Assembly: GCF_964355755.1 (NCBI RefSeq)
Contig: NC_092672.1
Location: forward strand, 4,030,001-4,094,000
DNA length: 64,000 nt
Direction of reading: 5' to 3'
From: Antedon mediterranea
Taxonomy: Eukaryota; Animalia; Echinodermata
Part shown: piece after piece, positions 9,401 to 19,407 of the stretch
How positions within the stretch are numbered: the first letter of the stretch is position 1
How the letters are laid out: the number at the start of each line of letters is the position of its first letter
The notes under the pieces: generated by a model
What the model was told of the DNA's origin: nothing
The model's database searches: none
What the model saw: the letters and a program-made list of their open reading frames with translations, nothing else
Position numbers and translations under genes: made by a program

Positions 9401-12180
9401 ACAGTTGAAGAGGTCTTGAACGTATGGAGAAGAATCCTTCATGCACTATCCAACTCAGGACTACATTTATCCGCTACCAAAACCGTTATCTGTCCTAAGA
9501 CTACTAACATTCTTGGGTGGATATGGAGCCAAGGGACACTCCGAGCTAGCTCTCATCGCATCTCAACATTATCTAGCTGCCCGAGACCAGTCACCGTGAC
9601 CGGATTACGATCGTTCATTGGCGCATTTAAGATGCTATCTCGCGTTCTCCCGCGATGTGCACCTATTTTGTCACCTCTTGAAGCTGCTGTCGCTGGACGA
9701 CAATCCCAAGAGAAGATAGACTGGTCTGACGAATTGCTCGCTAGTTTCGCAAGTGCGCAATCTATCCTCAACTCACCACACACGATTGCCATCCCACGAG
9801 CAAGTGACCAATTGTGGATTGTAACTGATGGCGCCGTCAAGAAATATGGCATAGCTTCCACCTTGTATGTCTCCCGTGACAGCAAACCATTACTCGCTGG
9901 TTTTTATAGCGCTAAACTACGCGGACGACAAATGACCTGGTTACCATGTGAAGTCGAAGCTCTTTCAATTGCCGCATCCACAAAACACTTTAGTCCATTT
10001 ATCATACAATCCGCACATCAGGCACACATTTTGACAGACAGTAAGCCATGTGTCCAAGCCTACGAAAAGTTGTGCAGAGGTGAATTCTCTGTGAGTCCTC
10101 GGGTTTCAACCTTCTTATCCACTGTTAGCCGCTATCACGCATCTGTTCACCACCTCGCAGGTTCCGCAAATATGCCGTCCGACTTCGGGAGCAGGAACGC
10201 ACAACCTTGTGACGCTCCTTCTTGCCAAATCTGCTCTTTTGTCCAACAAACCGAAGACTCTGTTGTTTTCCAAGTGAACATTAAAGACGTTATATCTGGC
10301 TCCACAAAGCTACCTTTCACTAGTCGTCCTGCCTGGCTGGCCATCCAGTCTGAATGTCCAGTCCTACGACGCACTCACGCTCACCTTTCTCAGGGTACTC
10401 GCCCCCACAAAAAAATCACAAACATTAAAGATGTCAAGCGCCTTCTACGATTTTCTACCATAGCCAAGGATGGTCTTTTGGTCGTTCGTAGGGATGAGCC
10501 ACTCGCACCCGTACGCGAATGTATTGTTGTTCCTCGTGATGTCCTCGAGGGCCTTCTCACAGCACTTCATCTGCGTTTTGACCACCCTTCGTGCCATCAG
10601 CTTAAAACGATCGTTCGTAGATATTTCTTCGCTCTCGACATGGATGCCTCTGTGGAGCGTATCTCAGCAAGATGTCACCACTGCGCTGCCCTTCGCTCTA
10701 TTCCACATACCGTTATCCCGCAGTCCACCGGAGACCCACCCGATGCAGTTGGTACCACCTTCGCTGCTGATGTAATTAAGCGTGAACGACAACTTATTCT
10801 AGTGATGCGAGAGTGTGTAACATCATTTACAGTCGCGTGCATTATCGACAGCGAACGTCACGACAGTCTACGAGACGGTTTAATCCGCCTTTGTATCGAG
10901 CTCAGGCCTCTTGACGGCCCACACGCTGTAATTCGCACCGACCCTGCTCCTGGATTTGCTTCGTTGGTCAGCGATAAGTTGTTAGCGCACCACAGAATAA
11001 TGATTGAGCTAGGAAGAACCAAAAACCCAAATAAGAATCCAATCGCCGAAAAGGCCGTACGTGAAGTAGAAGACGAACTTCTTACACAAGAACCCACTGG
11101 TGGATTAGTCACCCCAACTATGCTCAAAATTACTATGGCTTGCTTAAACTCTCGACTACGCTCATGTGGTCTCTCTTCTAGGGAGATGTGGACACAACGC
11201 GACCAGTTTACTAACGACCAAATTCCTCTGTCTGACAGTCAATTAATTATCTCACAGCACAAACGTCGTTTAGCCAATCATGCACATAGTGAAAGATCAA
11301 AGGCTCCAACGGGCCGTTTTCCAGCAAGCTCCGATATTGATGTTGGTGATCTTGTGTACGTCTTAGCCGATCGCAACAAGTCAAAGGCCCGTCATCGCTA
11401 TCTCGTAACGTCGGTTGATAACACTTGGTGCAATATCCGCAAATTTATCGGTTCTCAGTTACGTAGTACGGCGTACAAAGTCAAGCGTACGGAATGCTAC
11501 AAGGTTCCCTCGTCACCATCTCCTCGATCGCAACATTATTACCAAGAGGACTCGAACAGCGATGATGATTATCAAATTCCTGAGCCACCGCGTACAGAAA
11601 TACCTATTGAGCTGTCAACCCCAGCCGATCACGCTTACCAGGTTGATCCATTGCCTGCTGGTACCGACTCAGAGTTCTTAACTCCTGCTGCTTCTGATGA
11701 TGTCCGCCCTCTCACCGACCTTCATAAAGTCGTTATTCCACCACCAGTGATAGAACCCAGACGATCTACTCGCAGTCATCGCTTACCCACTCATCTTAAC
11801 GATTTTGTACTTGACAAGTGATTCCTGATAAGTATTGTGGGGCAGAATAATCCCCAAGCTGGAGGGCAGTCTACCCGATGAAAGCTCGTTTTTCAATTTT
11901 TTATATTTGATTCACAGTTTGTCCCGATTTGCCGTTTTTGTTGTTGACTTTGTTTTTTTTTGAGAAAAGAAAAAAAAAAAAAAAAAAAAAGGTAGTCACG
12001 CCAGTTTGGCTGTTATGTCACGTACGGCGCTCCATATGAGCCCCCTCGTTGTTGTTGTTTTACATACGAATGTTTACTGTTTGCTTTGTTAATAAAGTTA
12101 CATTATTGTTATACCTCAAGTATCGGTTATTCAGTTGTATTATCTGTGTGAGTATTGTCTATATTATTACCAAGTTGGCG
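6489..12180 (+). mobile_element. Full-length Ty3/Gypsy LTR retrotransposon, recent insertion
   Basis: 182-bp LTRs at 6489-6670 and 11999-12180, identical by eye. PBS TGGTGGCAGCG at 6671-6681 (tRNA-Leu-like). A-rich PPT at about 11962-11992. Flanking duplication TAG(C). Empty site at about 32160-32176. Confidence 0.95.
6914..11821 (+). CDS. Gag-Pol polyprotein (Gag, Zn knuckle, protease, RT, RNase H, integrase), 1635 aa
   Basis: CPFC-x8-H-x4-C knuckle; protease DSGA; RT TDLTNAFYQ and KLADD; RNase H TDG/EVEA/TDSKP; integrase HHCC plus D (FAADV), D (RTDP) and E (IAEK). The PR-RT-RH-IN order is that of Gypsy. Confidence 0.95.
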   Translation: MAASNRAPKQWCLGKNETINTFENWRQNLMYTLTLDTKFANFLVEGFSWGKKTRASPLRGFTDDNGFEDNVANALSAQQKVTMLELMLGQIANYCPVISRNTIVKSSTSLPCIWQCIRLHYGFQSSGAHFLEFANISLGPDERPEDLYQRLLAFIDDNLLQADSVITHHNQPITEDEELTPSLENLLTLTWLRLVHPSLPQLVKQRYGTELRSRTLASIKPEISQAMTSLLEEIKTSDDTRVMRSAILPFQRPASLPSQPPRSRYPPKTFNTQTYNNKPNKCCPFCKQGGRPDRHFLSECKFLPERDRRYMARARAANIFDDDDSYCYEQDSTHVEDPNDPPSGSSSALRIQVRQSPYLEAFHGYNTVHITIDSGATGNMIRESTARLLGVQIKPSSQSAHQADGSSQLQVMGETNVTFTRDNKDLTFNGLVVKDLDVELLAGTPFMEQNDISIRPAKRQVVMADGTTYIYGSLPTTLSECHSIRRAHVLRAPSTRTVIWPGSYIELSLPNDLTDIDTVAIEPRVDAPISKTSLPSHVWPEPRIISCVAGRIRIPNLSDEPKVLSRNEQFCQASPVFTPNLPDTSSSPIKPPKLSTTTVHTCFSDSIKLDPDSILPRNILEQFTSLHKEYDDIFNPSFKGYNGAVGPFVATVNMGPVQPPQRKGRLPQYARDKLLELQHKFDELETLGVFARPEDVGVAVEYLNPSFLVKKPNGGSRLVTSFADVGRYSKPQPSLMPDVDSTLLKIGQWKYIITTDLTNAFYQIPLSKPSMKYCGIVTPFHGVRVYTRCAMGMPGSETALEELLSRVVGDFLEEGSATKLADDLYCGGNTVEEVLNVWRRILHALSNSGLHLSATKTVICPKTTNILGWIWSQGTLRASSHRISTLSSCPRPVTVTGLRSFIGAFKMLSRVLPRCAPILSPLEAAVAGRQSQEKIDWSDELLASFASAQSILNSPHTIAIPRASDQLWIVTDGAVKKYGIASTLYVSRDSKPLLAGFYSAKLRGRQMTWLPCEVEALSIAASTKHFSPFIIQSAHQAHILTDSKPCVQAYEKLCRGEFSVSPRVSTFLSTVSRYHASVHHLAGSANMPSDFGSRNAQPCDAPSCQICSFVQQTEDSVVFQVNIKDVISGSTKLPFTSRPAWLAIQSECPVLRRTHAHLSQGTRPHKKITNIKDVKRLLRFSTIAKDGLLVVRRDEPLAPVRECIVVPRDVLEGLLTALHLRFDHPSCHQLKTIVRRYFFALDMDASVERISARCHHCAALRSIPHTVIPQSTGDPPDAVGTTFAADVIKRERQLILVMRECVTSFTVACIIDSERHDSLRDGLIRLCIELRPLDGPHAVIRTDPAPGFASLVSDKLLAHHRIMIELGRTKNPNKNPIAEKAVREVEDELLTQEPTGGLVTPTMLKITMACLNSRLRSCGLSSREMWTQRDQFTNDQIPLSDSQLIISQHKRRLANHAHSERSKAPTGRFPASSDIDVGDLVYVLADRNKSKARHRYLVTSVDNTWCNIRKFIGSQLRSTAYKVKRTECYKVPSSPSPRSQHYYQEDSNSDDDYQIPEPPRTEIPIELSTPADHAYQVDPLPAGTDSEFLTPAASDDVRPLTDLHKVVIPPPVIEPRRSTRSHRLPTHLNDFVLDK

Positions 12181-13182
12181 TAGCATGAAGAACAATCTTC
12201 AAATGAATTCTGATAATGATGATTTACTTCATGGCGAATCTGTGTTGTTGTTATAAGTCAGTTTCTCTAATCCAATCAAAGTTATCAAACTGTAAAAATA
12301 GAAAATATTATTATTATTATTATGTAATAATTAAAATGTCTAAATCAAAAATAAAAACTTAATATTGACTATTACAACATAATCTACATGAAGAGCCTTA
12401 AACAAAGGATAAATTATATTCATATTTGACTACAGTAAGGAAAAAAATATGTAACCATCACATCATATTTTGTTTTACATTAATGGGACGAATTATATTA
12501 ATATTTGAATACAGTAAGAAATATGTAACCATAACATCATATTTTGTTTTACATACTACTGTAATGGGACAAATTATATTAATATTTGGCTGGATTAAGT
12601 ATTACAATATATGCTCTTCAGTGTAATAACTGACATGTGTGCGCATACACACTTTTTAAGAAACATGAAGCATCAAGTTGATTGACGTTCAGAAATAGAC
12701 CAATCGGAATCTTCCTATCATTTTACCTGATGGGAAGAATTATTAATTATCTATGTTCACATGTGAGAGGGAGGTAGTTTATTGAACTTGAACAAAAACT
12801 GCGGAAGTCATCGGATATTTAAGTTTCGATTAGTATTCAGATTTGAATAGTTCCCTTTCCTAATGTTATTGTTGAGCAAAGAGCCGGTCTAATAAATGAT
12901 AACCACATGTACATGTACTTGTTTGTTTGGAAAAAAACATTTAACAAGTTCGAAAGTCATGGGAATTGAATGATATGTCCTTTACATTGTGGTATAATAT
13001 TAGCAAATGGACCAATCAGGGAATCTTCGATTGCAAAATCACAACATATTGATTACACGTGAGGAACAGATTTCATCTATAAAAGTCGAGTGAATATTGA
13101 AACTGGATTTATTCATACAAAAGCAGATGACAGGGAAACATCCAGTTTACATATCAACAGAAAAGACATCCAGTAAACAACA

Positions 13183-14846
13183 ATGTATCTCCGGTAAGTA
13201 AATTGTTATTTAATGTTTTAATAATATTTAGGATGATATTTGGTGCTACTGTACTTTAGCACTGCTACTCTGTACTTTGACATTACTGTCTTTTACTGTA
13301 GTACTGATTTGTTAGAATTCTGTAACCTTCCTTGTATATGTTGGCTGTGGGAAGGAAAAAACAATATTAAAACACACAGAAGGTACAATATGGGTATACT
13401 CTAGTTAGGAATGCAATACAACTGAAGACATTTAATACAAGTCAATTTCTGTTTAAATATTCTTTTACCATTAATGTTCTATTTAGCATATCTGAAATCA
13501 TTTTTTTTTATACATTAACATTTTGTCACCGATTATTGTAAGGTAAACTGGAGTCCATTCTAAACACAGTGAAATGAGCTGTTAGGAGCTCAATGTTATA
13601 AGACATTATGTGATAGGCTGGCCAATTCCTTTCCATGCCGTATTATGCTTCCTAACATTTTCAATCAGGTACTCATTTACAGCTGACCTGTTCTTATTGG
13701 GAAATTAACTTGGGTCTTATTATCATATTCAAACATCTTGTTTGGCTTAGTTTTGTTTTTTCCTTGTACAACTGGACAGCCAGACCGCTTCTTGGTCCTG
13801 AGAATCGTATGTAGGCTGTGAAATAAAAGGGTTGCAGAATGCTGGCTGATGATGACATCATGATCAGTGTGCAAAACATACTTTGACGAAACTCTGACTA
13901 ATGGATTGCAACCTTTTTTTTAAATGAAAGGGGTATTTTTATAAATATGGTAGATTGGAAGAGTGCAATTATTACTAAAAATTTTTAGAGGGGAAAAAGT
14001 TAACTTACAGTTTTTATATTGAATTTCAGATTTAATATGATGTTAACAATTGTGATACAGATTAGTATAATCTATGTCATCAAATCAGCAGCTCAAACCA
14101 ATTCTGAAGCTTGTAATAGCTGTTGTACAGCTGGGGTTCCTGGCATTCCAGGAAATCATGGTAATCCAGGTGCAATAGGGCCACAAGGAATGAATGGAAT
14201 ACAAGGAATGAAAGGAGAACAAGGAATTAATGGAGAACAAGGAATTAATGGAGAACAAGGAATTAATGGAGAACAAGGAATAAAAGGAGAACAAGGATTG
14301 AATGGAGAACAAGGAATGAAAGGAGATAATGGAAGCAATGGCTTAGATGGGATTCCTGGTAAATTAGGACCAAAAGGACCTCAAGGCCTCATTGGACTAC
14401 CAGGTGCAAATGGTGTAAAAGGAGAAAAGGGTGAACAAGCTAGTCAGCAGAAATCTGCTTTTTCAGTAGTTTTTACATCAAACCCAGGTCGTCATGCCGT
14501 TAGCCCAATGAAGTATAACACAATAATTACAAATGTAGGAAATCCCTACAACAAAGAAACAGGCAAGTTTGTCTGTGCAATTCCAGGTGTTTATGTATTC
14601 CAGGTGACATCAATGAAATCAAGTGGTAGTGGTAAAATTCTAACAGCAATCAAGAAAAATGGGAATATTCAAATGACCACAAGGATGGATGCTGCTGGGT
14701 ATAATTCTGCAAGTACAATGGTGGTTCTTGATCTGATATCAGGTGATCAAGTATGGACTGAGCCATATAATTCAGGCACTAACTATTACCAAAGTGACAG
14801 CAACAGATACTGCTCATTTTCTGGTTTCTTACTTTATGCAGCATAA
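13183..14846 (+). CDS. Secreted collagen-C1q domain protein (C1qDC/CTRP-like), copy 1, 34 Gly-X-Y
   Basis: Micro coding exon 13183-13193 (ATG TAT CTC CG|GT) spliced to 14030-14846. Signal peptide, CxxCC, collagen, and gC1q motifs ([32 protein letters not shown]). Confidence 0.92.
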
Positions 14847-15894
14847 AGTAAACATACAAATACATGTATTGCTTTAATTAATTAATTTGCAAATACCGGT
14901 AAGCATAAAAAAAAGGGTAAAAAATCAGACTTTGAATACTGTAGGCTATTTTGCAGTTTTAATTAATCACTTCCATAGAAGAACAAATGTTAAAAATAAT
15001 GCTTTTACTTATAAAAAAAAACCAAATATACAGTTAAATTTAACCACAAACCCATTGGCTGGCAGGAAATTCACCTATTTCCACCCCAACACCCCCCCCC
15101 CCCCCACCCATTTTTGGTCAAAGTAAATAACTATTACATTAACATTTTCTTTTAGAAAGGTTAGTGATTTTTTATGTCAATTTTACTTACCAGTTAAAAA
15201 ATTATAGATTTAACATTTATTTCTTTCAAACTAAATTTTTGTAAGTATATTTTAGAAATAAAAATATTAATATTCCATATTTTGAGTGGATCATTATGTT
15301 GAACTATGAACTATATATGGTATAATTGTTTATGTGAGGTGAGAAAGTTGGATAAAAATCAAATTACCTTTTTTTAAAGTTTTGAATTCTTTGCTTGGCA
15401 CACTTTATTTGATAAAATTCATATGAATCATAATATTGTTCATGACGACACTGGAAACCAGTTTGTTACAACTTGACATATAACTTTGCATAAATACAAA
15501 ACAGAACTGAATGTTAGAGGAAACAATAAATTCTGATAAAAAGAATATTTGACATACTACAAAAATGCGCTAAACATAAAAGAAAACTTGACAAAATGGT
15601 AAAAAATACTTGGGAGGATTTTGAAAACTATGAAAACTAGAGAAACAAAAAAACCTCCAAAATATTTAGACGAATTATATACCAAAGAAGAAGAAGCTTA
15701 AAAACAGGAAAAATCATATTCATATTGAGTACAGTAAGAAACAAAATATGTAAACATCACATCATATTTTGTTTTACATACTACTGTAATAGGACAAATT
15801 ATATTTATTTGGCTGGAGTAAGTATTACAATGTATGCTCTTCAGTGTAAGAACTGACATGTGTGCGCATACACACTTTTTAAGAAACATGAAGC

Positions 15895-16290
15895 ATCAAG
15901 TTGATTGACGTTCAGAAATAGACCAATCAGCATCTTCCTATTATTTTACCTAATGGGAAGAATTATTAATTATCTATGTTCACATATGGGAGGGAGGTAT
16001 AGTTTATTTAACTTCACAAAAACTGCGGAAGTCATCGGATATTGAAGTTCCGATTAGTAATCCGGTTTGAATAGTTCCCTTTCCTAATGTTATTATAACA
16101 CAAAGAGCCGGTCTAATAAAGGTACTTAACAAGTTCGAAAGTCGTGGGAATCGCATGATATGTCCTTTACATTATGGTATAATATCAGAAAATGGACAAA
16201 TTAGGGAATTTTCGATTGCAAAATAACAACATATTGTTTACACGTGAGGAACAGATTTCATCTATAAAAGTCGAGTGAAAATTGAAACTG
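15895..16290 (+). promoter_or_regulatory. Conserved C1q promoter block (shown for copy 2; paralogous upstream of all six copies)
   Basis: TATAAAA about 105 bp upstream of the ATG position in each copy (13078, 16263, 22340, 33022, 46508, 52085). Also CCAAT, TGACGT, ETS-like GCGGAAGT, kB-like GGGAATTTTC (16204-16213), CACGTG and IRF-like GAAAATTGAAACT. Confidence 0.55.
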
Positions 16291-16366
16291 GATTTATTCA
16301 TACAACAGCAGATGACAGGAAACATCCCGTTTACAGATCAACAGAAAAGACATTCAGAAAACAACA

Positions 16367-17958
16367 ATGTATCTCCGGTAAGTAAATTGTTCTTTAAGCT
16401 TTTAATAATATTTAGGATGATATTTGGTGCTACTGTACTTTAGCACTGCTACTCTGTACTTTGACATTACTGTCTTTTACTGTAGTACTGATTTGTTAGA
16501 ATTCTGTAACCTTCCTTGAACATGTTGGCGGTGGGAAGGAAAAAACAATATTAAAACACACAGAAGGTACAATATGAGTCGTGTGTACTCCAGTTAGGAA
16601 TGCAATACAACTGAAGATCATTTGATACAAATCAATTTGATGTGAAATTATTGTAAGGTAAAGTGGAGTCTTGTGTTCATTCTGAACAAAGTGGGATGCG
16701 CTGTTAGGAGCTCAAGGTAATAAGCCTTAGCACAATTCCTTTCCATGCTGCCTATCCTTCCTAGCATTTTCAGGTACTCATTTACAGCTGAGTTGACTGG
16801 TAGTTGTTTTTATCTGGAAATTAATTTGGGTCTTTCTGTATGATAGTTCAACCACTTGGCTACTAAACTTCAACAAATTATTATATAATACAGTAATACC
16901 ACATTCAAAACTTGGGCTGAGTCATGTTGTTTCCTTGTACAGTCAGGATCCTTCTTGTTCCTGGCCAGGAACAAGAAGGAGCCTGTGAAATAAAAGGGTT
17001 GCAGAATGCTGGCTCGATAATGATCAGTGTGCAAAATATACTTTGACAAAACCCTGCTTGATAATGATTAATTGATTGCAATCTTTTTAAAAATTAAAAA
17101 AAAAGGGTACTTTTATATGTTTATAGCTTAACTTAAGTATGGTAGATAAAGAGTGCAATTAAAGAGGGAAACGGTTAACACACTGTTGTTATATTGAATT
17201 TCAGACTTAATATGATGTTAACAATTGTGATACAGATTAGTATAATCTATGTCATCAAATCAGCAGCTCAAACCAATTCTGAAGCTTTTAATAGCTGTTG
17301 TACAGCTGGGGTTCCTGGCATTCCAGGAAATCACGGAAATCCAGGTGCAGCAGGGCCACAAGGAATGAGTGGAGTGAAAGGAGAACAAGGAATGAATGGA
17401 GAACAAGGAATGAAAGGAGAACAAGGAATGAAAGGAGATAATGGAAGGAATGGCTTAGATGGGACTCCTGGAAAGTTAGGACCAACTGGACCTCAAGGTA
17501 TTGTTGGACTACCAGGTACAAATGGTGTAAAAGGAGAAAAGGGTGAACAATCTATTCAGCAGAAATCTTCCTTTTCAGTAGTTTTTACATCATCCCCAGG
17601 TCGTCATGACACTAGCCCAATGAAGTATGACACAATAATTACAGATGTAGGAAATCACTACAACAAAGAAACAGGAAAGTTTGTCTGTGCAATTCCAGGT
17701 ATTTATGTTTTCCAGGTGACATCAATGAAATCAAGTGGTAGTGGTAAAATTTTAACAAGAATCATGAAAAATGGCAATATTCAAATGTCTGCATGGATGA
17801 GTGCCTCTGGGTATAATTCTGTAAGCACAATGGTGGTTCTTGATCTGGTATCAGGTGATCAAGTATGGACTCAGCCATATAATTCAGCCTACAACTATTA
17901 CTACAGTGACAGTGGAAGATACTGCTCATTCTCTGGTTTCTTACTTTATGCAGCATAA
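16367..17958 (+). CDS. Collagen-C1q protein copy 2, 27 Gly-X-Y
   Basis: Exons 16367-16377 and 17205-17958; intact ORF; the first N-terminal Cys is replaced by Phe. Confidence 0.92.
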
Positions 17959-19407
17959 AGCAAACATATACAAATACTTGTAATGTTTTAAACAATTAAT
18001 TTGCAAATAGGCATCTAGAAGTCAAACTATATAAATGACACAAGCTAAATTTAATATTATATTATTTTTTCAATTATTGATTATTTCTGCTTCAGATGCA
18101 ACAGTTTAGATGAATGATGTCAATTTTACCAGTTAAAAAATTATAGATATAACATTTATTTCATTTGAAGAACTAAATTGTTTAAATACATTGTTAGAAA
18201 TAAAAATATTAATATTCAGTATTTTAAGTAAATCTATGTTATGTTGAACTATGCAGGCGGTTCAATTTCTTTTGGCCTACTGTATTCACACTCAAATCAG
18301 TCCTAAATCAGGAAGGTTTTAGTAAATTCATCCACTACAATTCTAAGTTAATTAATGAAAGACTGTCAACACTCAGTAGTGTGACATTTGACCTGCAACT
18401 TTTAAAACAGGTTTTACACATTTATTAACCCATGGCTGGTAGACTGCACAAAGATTATACTTAGAAATATATCAGTATGGGTAACTCAATCAAAGCCTCT
18501 TCTTTTTTTTTTGGTTGAGTTTTGAATTCTTTCCTTGGCACACTTTACTTATAAAATTCATATGAATCGCAATATTGCTCATAACGACACCGAAACCAGT
18601 TTGTTACAACTCGACATATATAACTTTTGCATAAAATACAAAACGGAACTGAACGTTAGGGGAAACAATAAATTCTGATAAAAAGAATGAAATATTTGAC
18701 ATACTACAAAAAATGCACTAAACATAAAAGAAAACATGACAAAATGGTAAAAAATACTGAAGAGGATTCTGAAAACTATGAAAACTAGAGAAATAAAACA
18801 CCTCCAAAATATTTAGACGAACTTATATACCAATGAAATATGAAGAGGCTTAAAAACAGGATCAATCATATTAATATTGACTACAGTAAGAAACAAAATA
18901 TGTAAATGTCAAATTTACATATTTTTTTTTACATTCTGTATGTACCGGTAATAGGATGAATTATATTAATATTAGAATACAGTAAGAAATATGTAAACAA
19001 CATTTACATATTCTGTTTTACATAATTAATACTGTATGTGGGAAAAATTATATAAATATTTTACTACATTTACATATTTTGTTTTAATACTGTAATGGGA
19101 CAAATTATATTTATATTTGGCTGGAGTAAGTATTACAATATATGCTCTTCAGTGTAATAATGTGTGCGCATACACACTTTTAAAGAAATATGAAGCACCA
19201 AGTTGATTGACGTTCAGAAATAGACCAATCAGCATCTTCCTATTACTTTACCTAATGGGAAGAATTAGTAATTATCTATGTTCACATGTGAGATGGAGGT
19301 AGTTTATTGAATTTCACAAAAACTGCGGAAGTCATCGGATATTTAAGTTTCGATTAGTCTAATAAATGGTAACCACAGGTACTTGTTTGTTTAGAAAAAA
19401 ACATATA

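Noticed and set aside
7626-11681. Short alternative-frame and antisense ORFs within gag-pol
   Set aside because: No recognisable domains; expected by chance in GC-richer coding DNA. No env-like ORF is seen.
14019-14029. TTG/GTG starts given for the C1q ORFs
   Set aside because: These bases are the intron 3' end (TTTCAG); the real start is the ATG micro-exon upstream.
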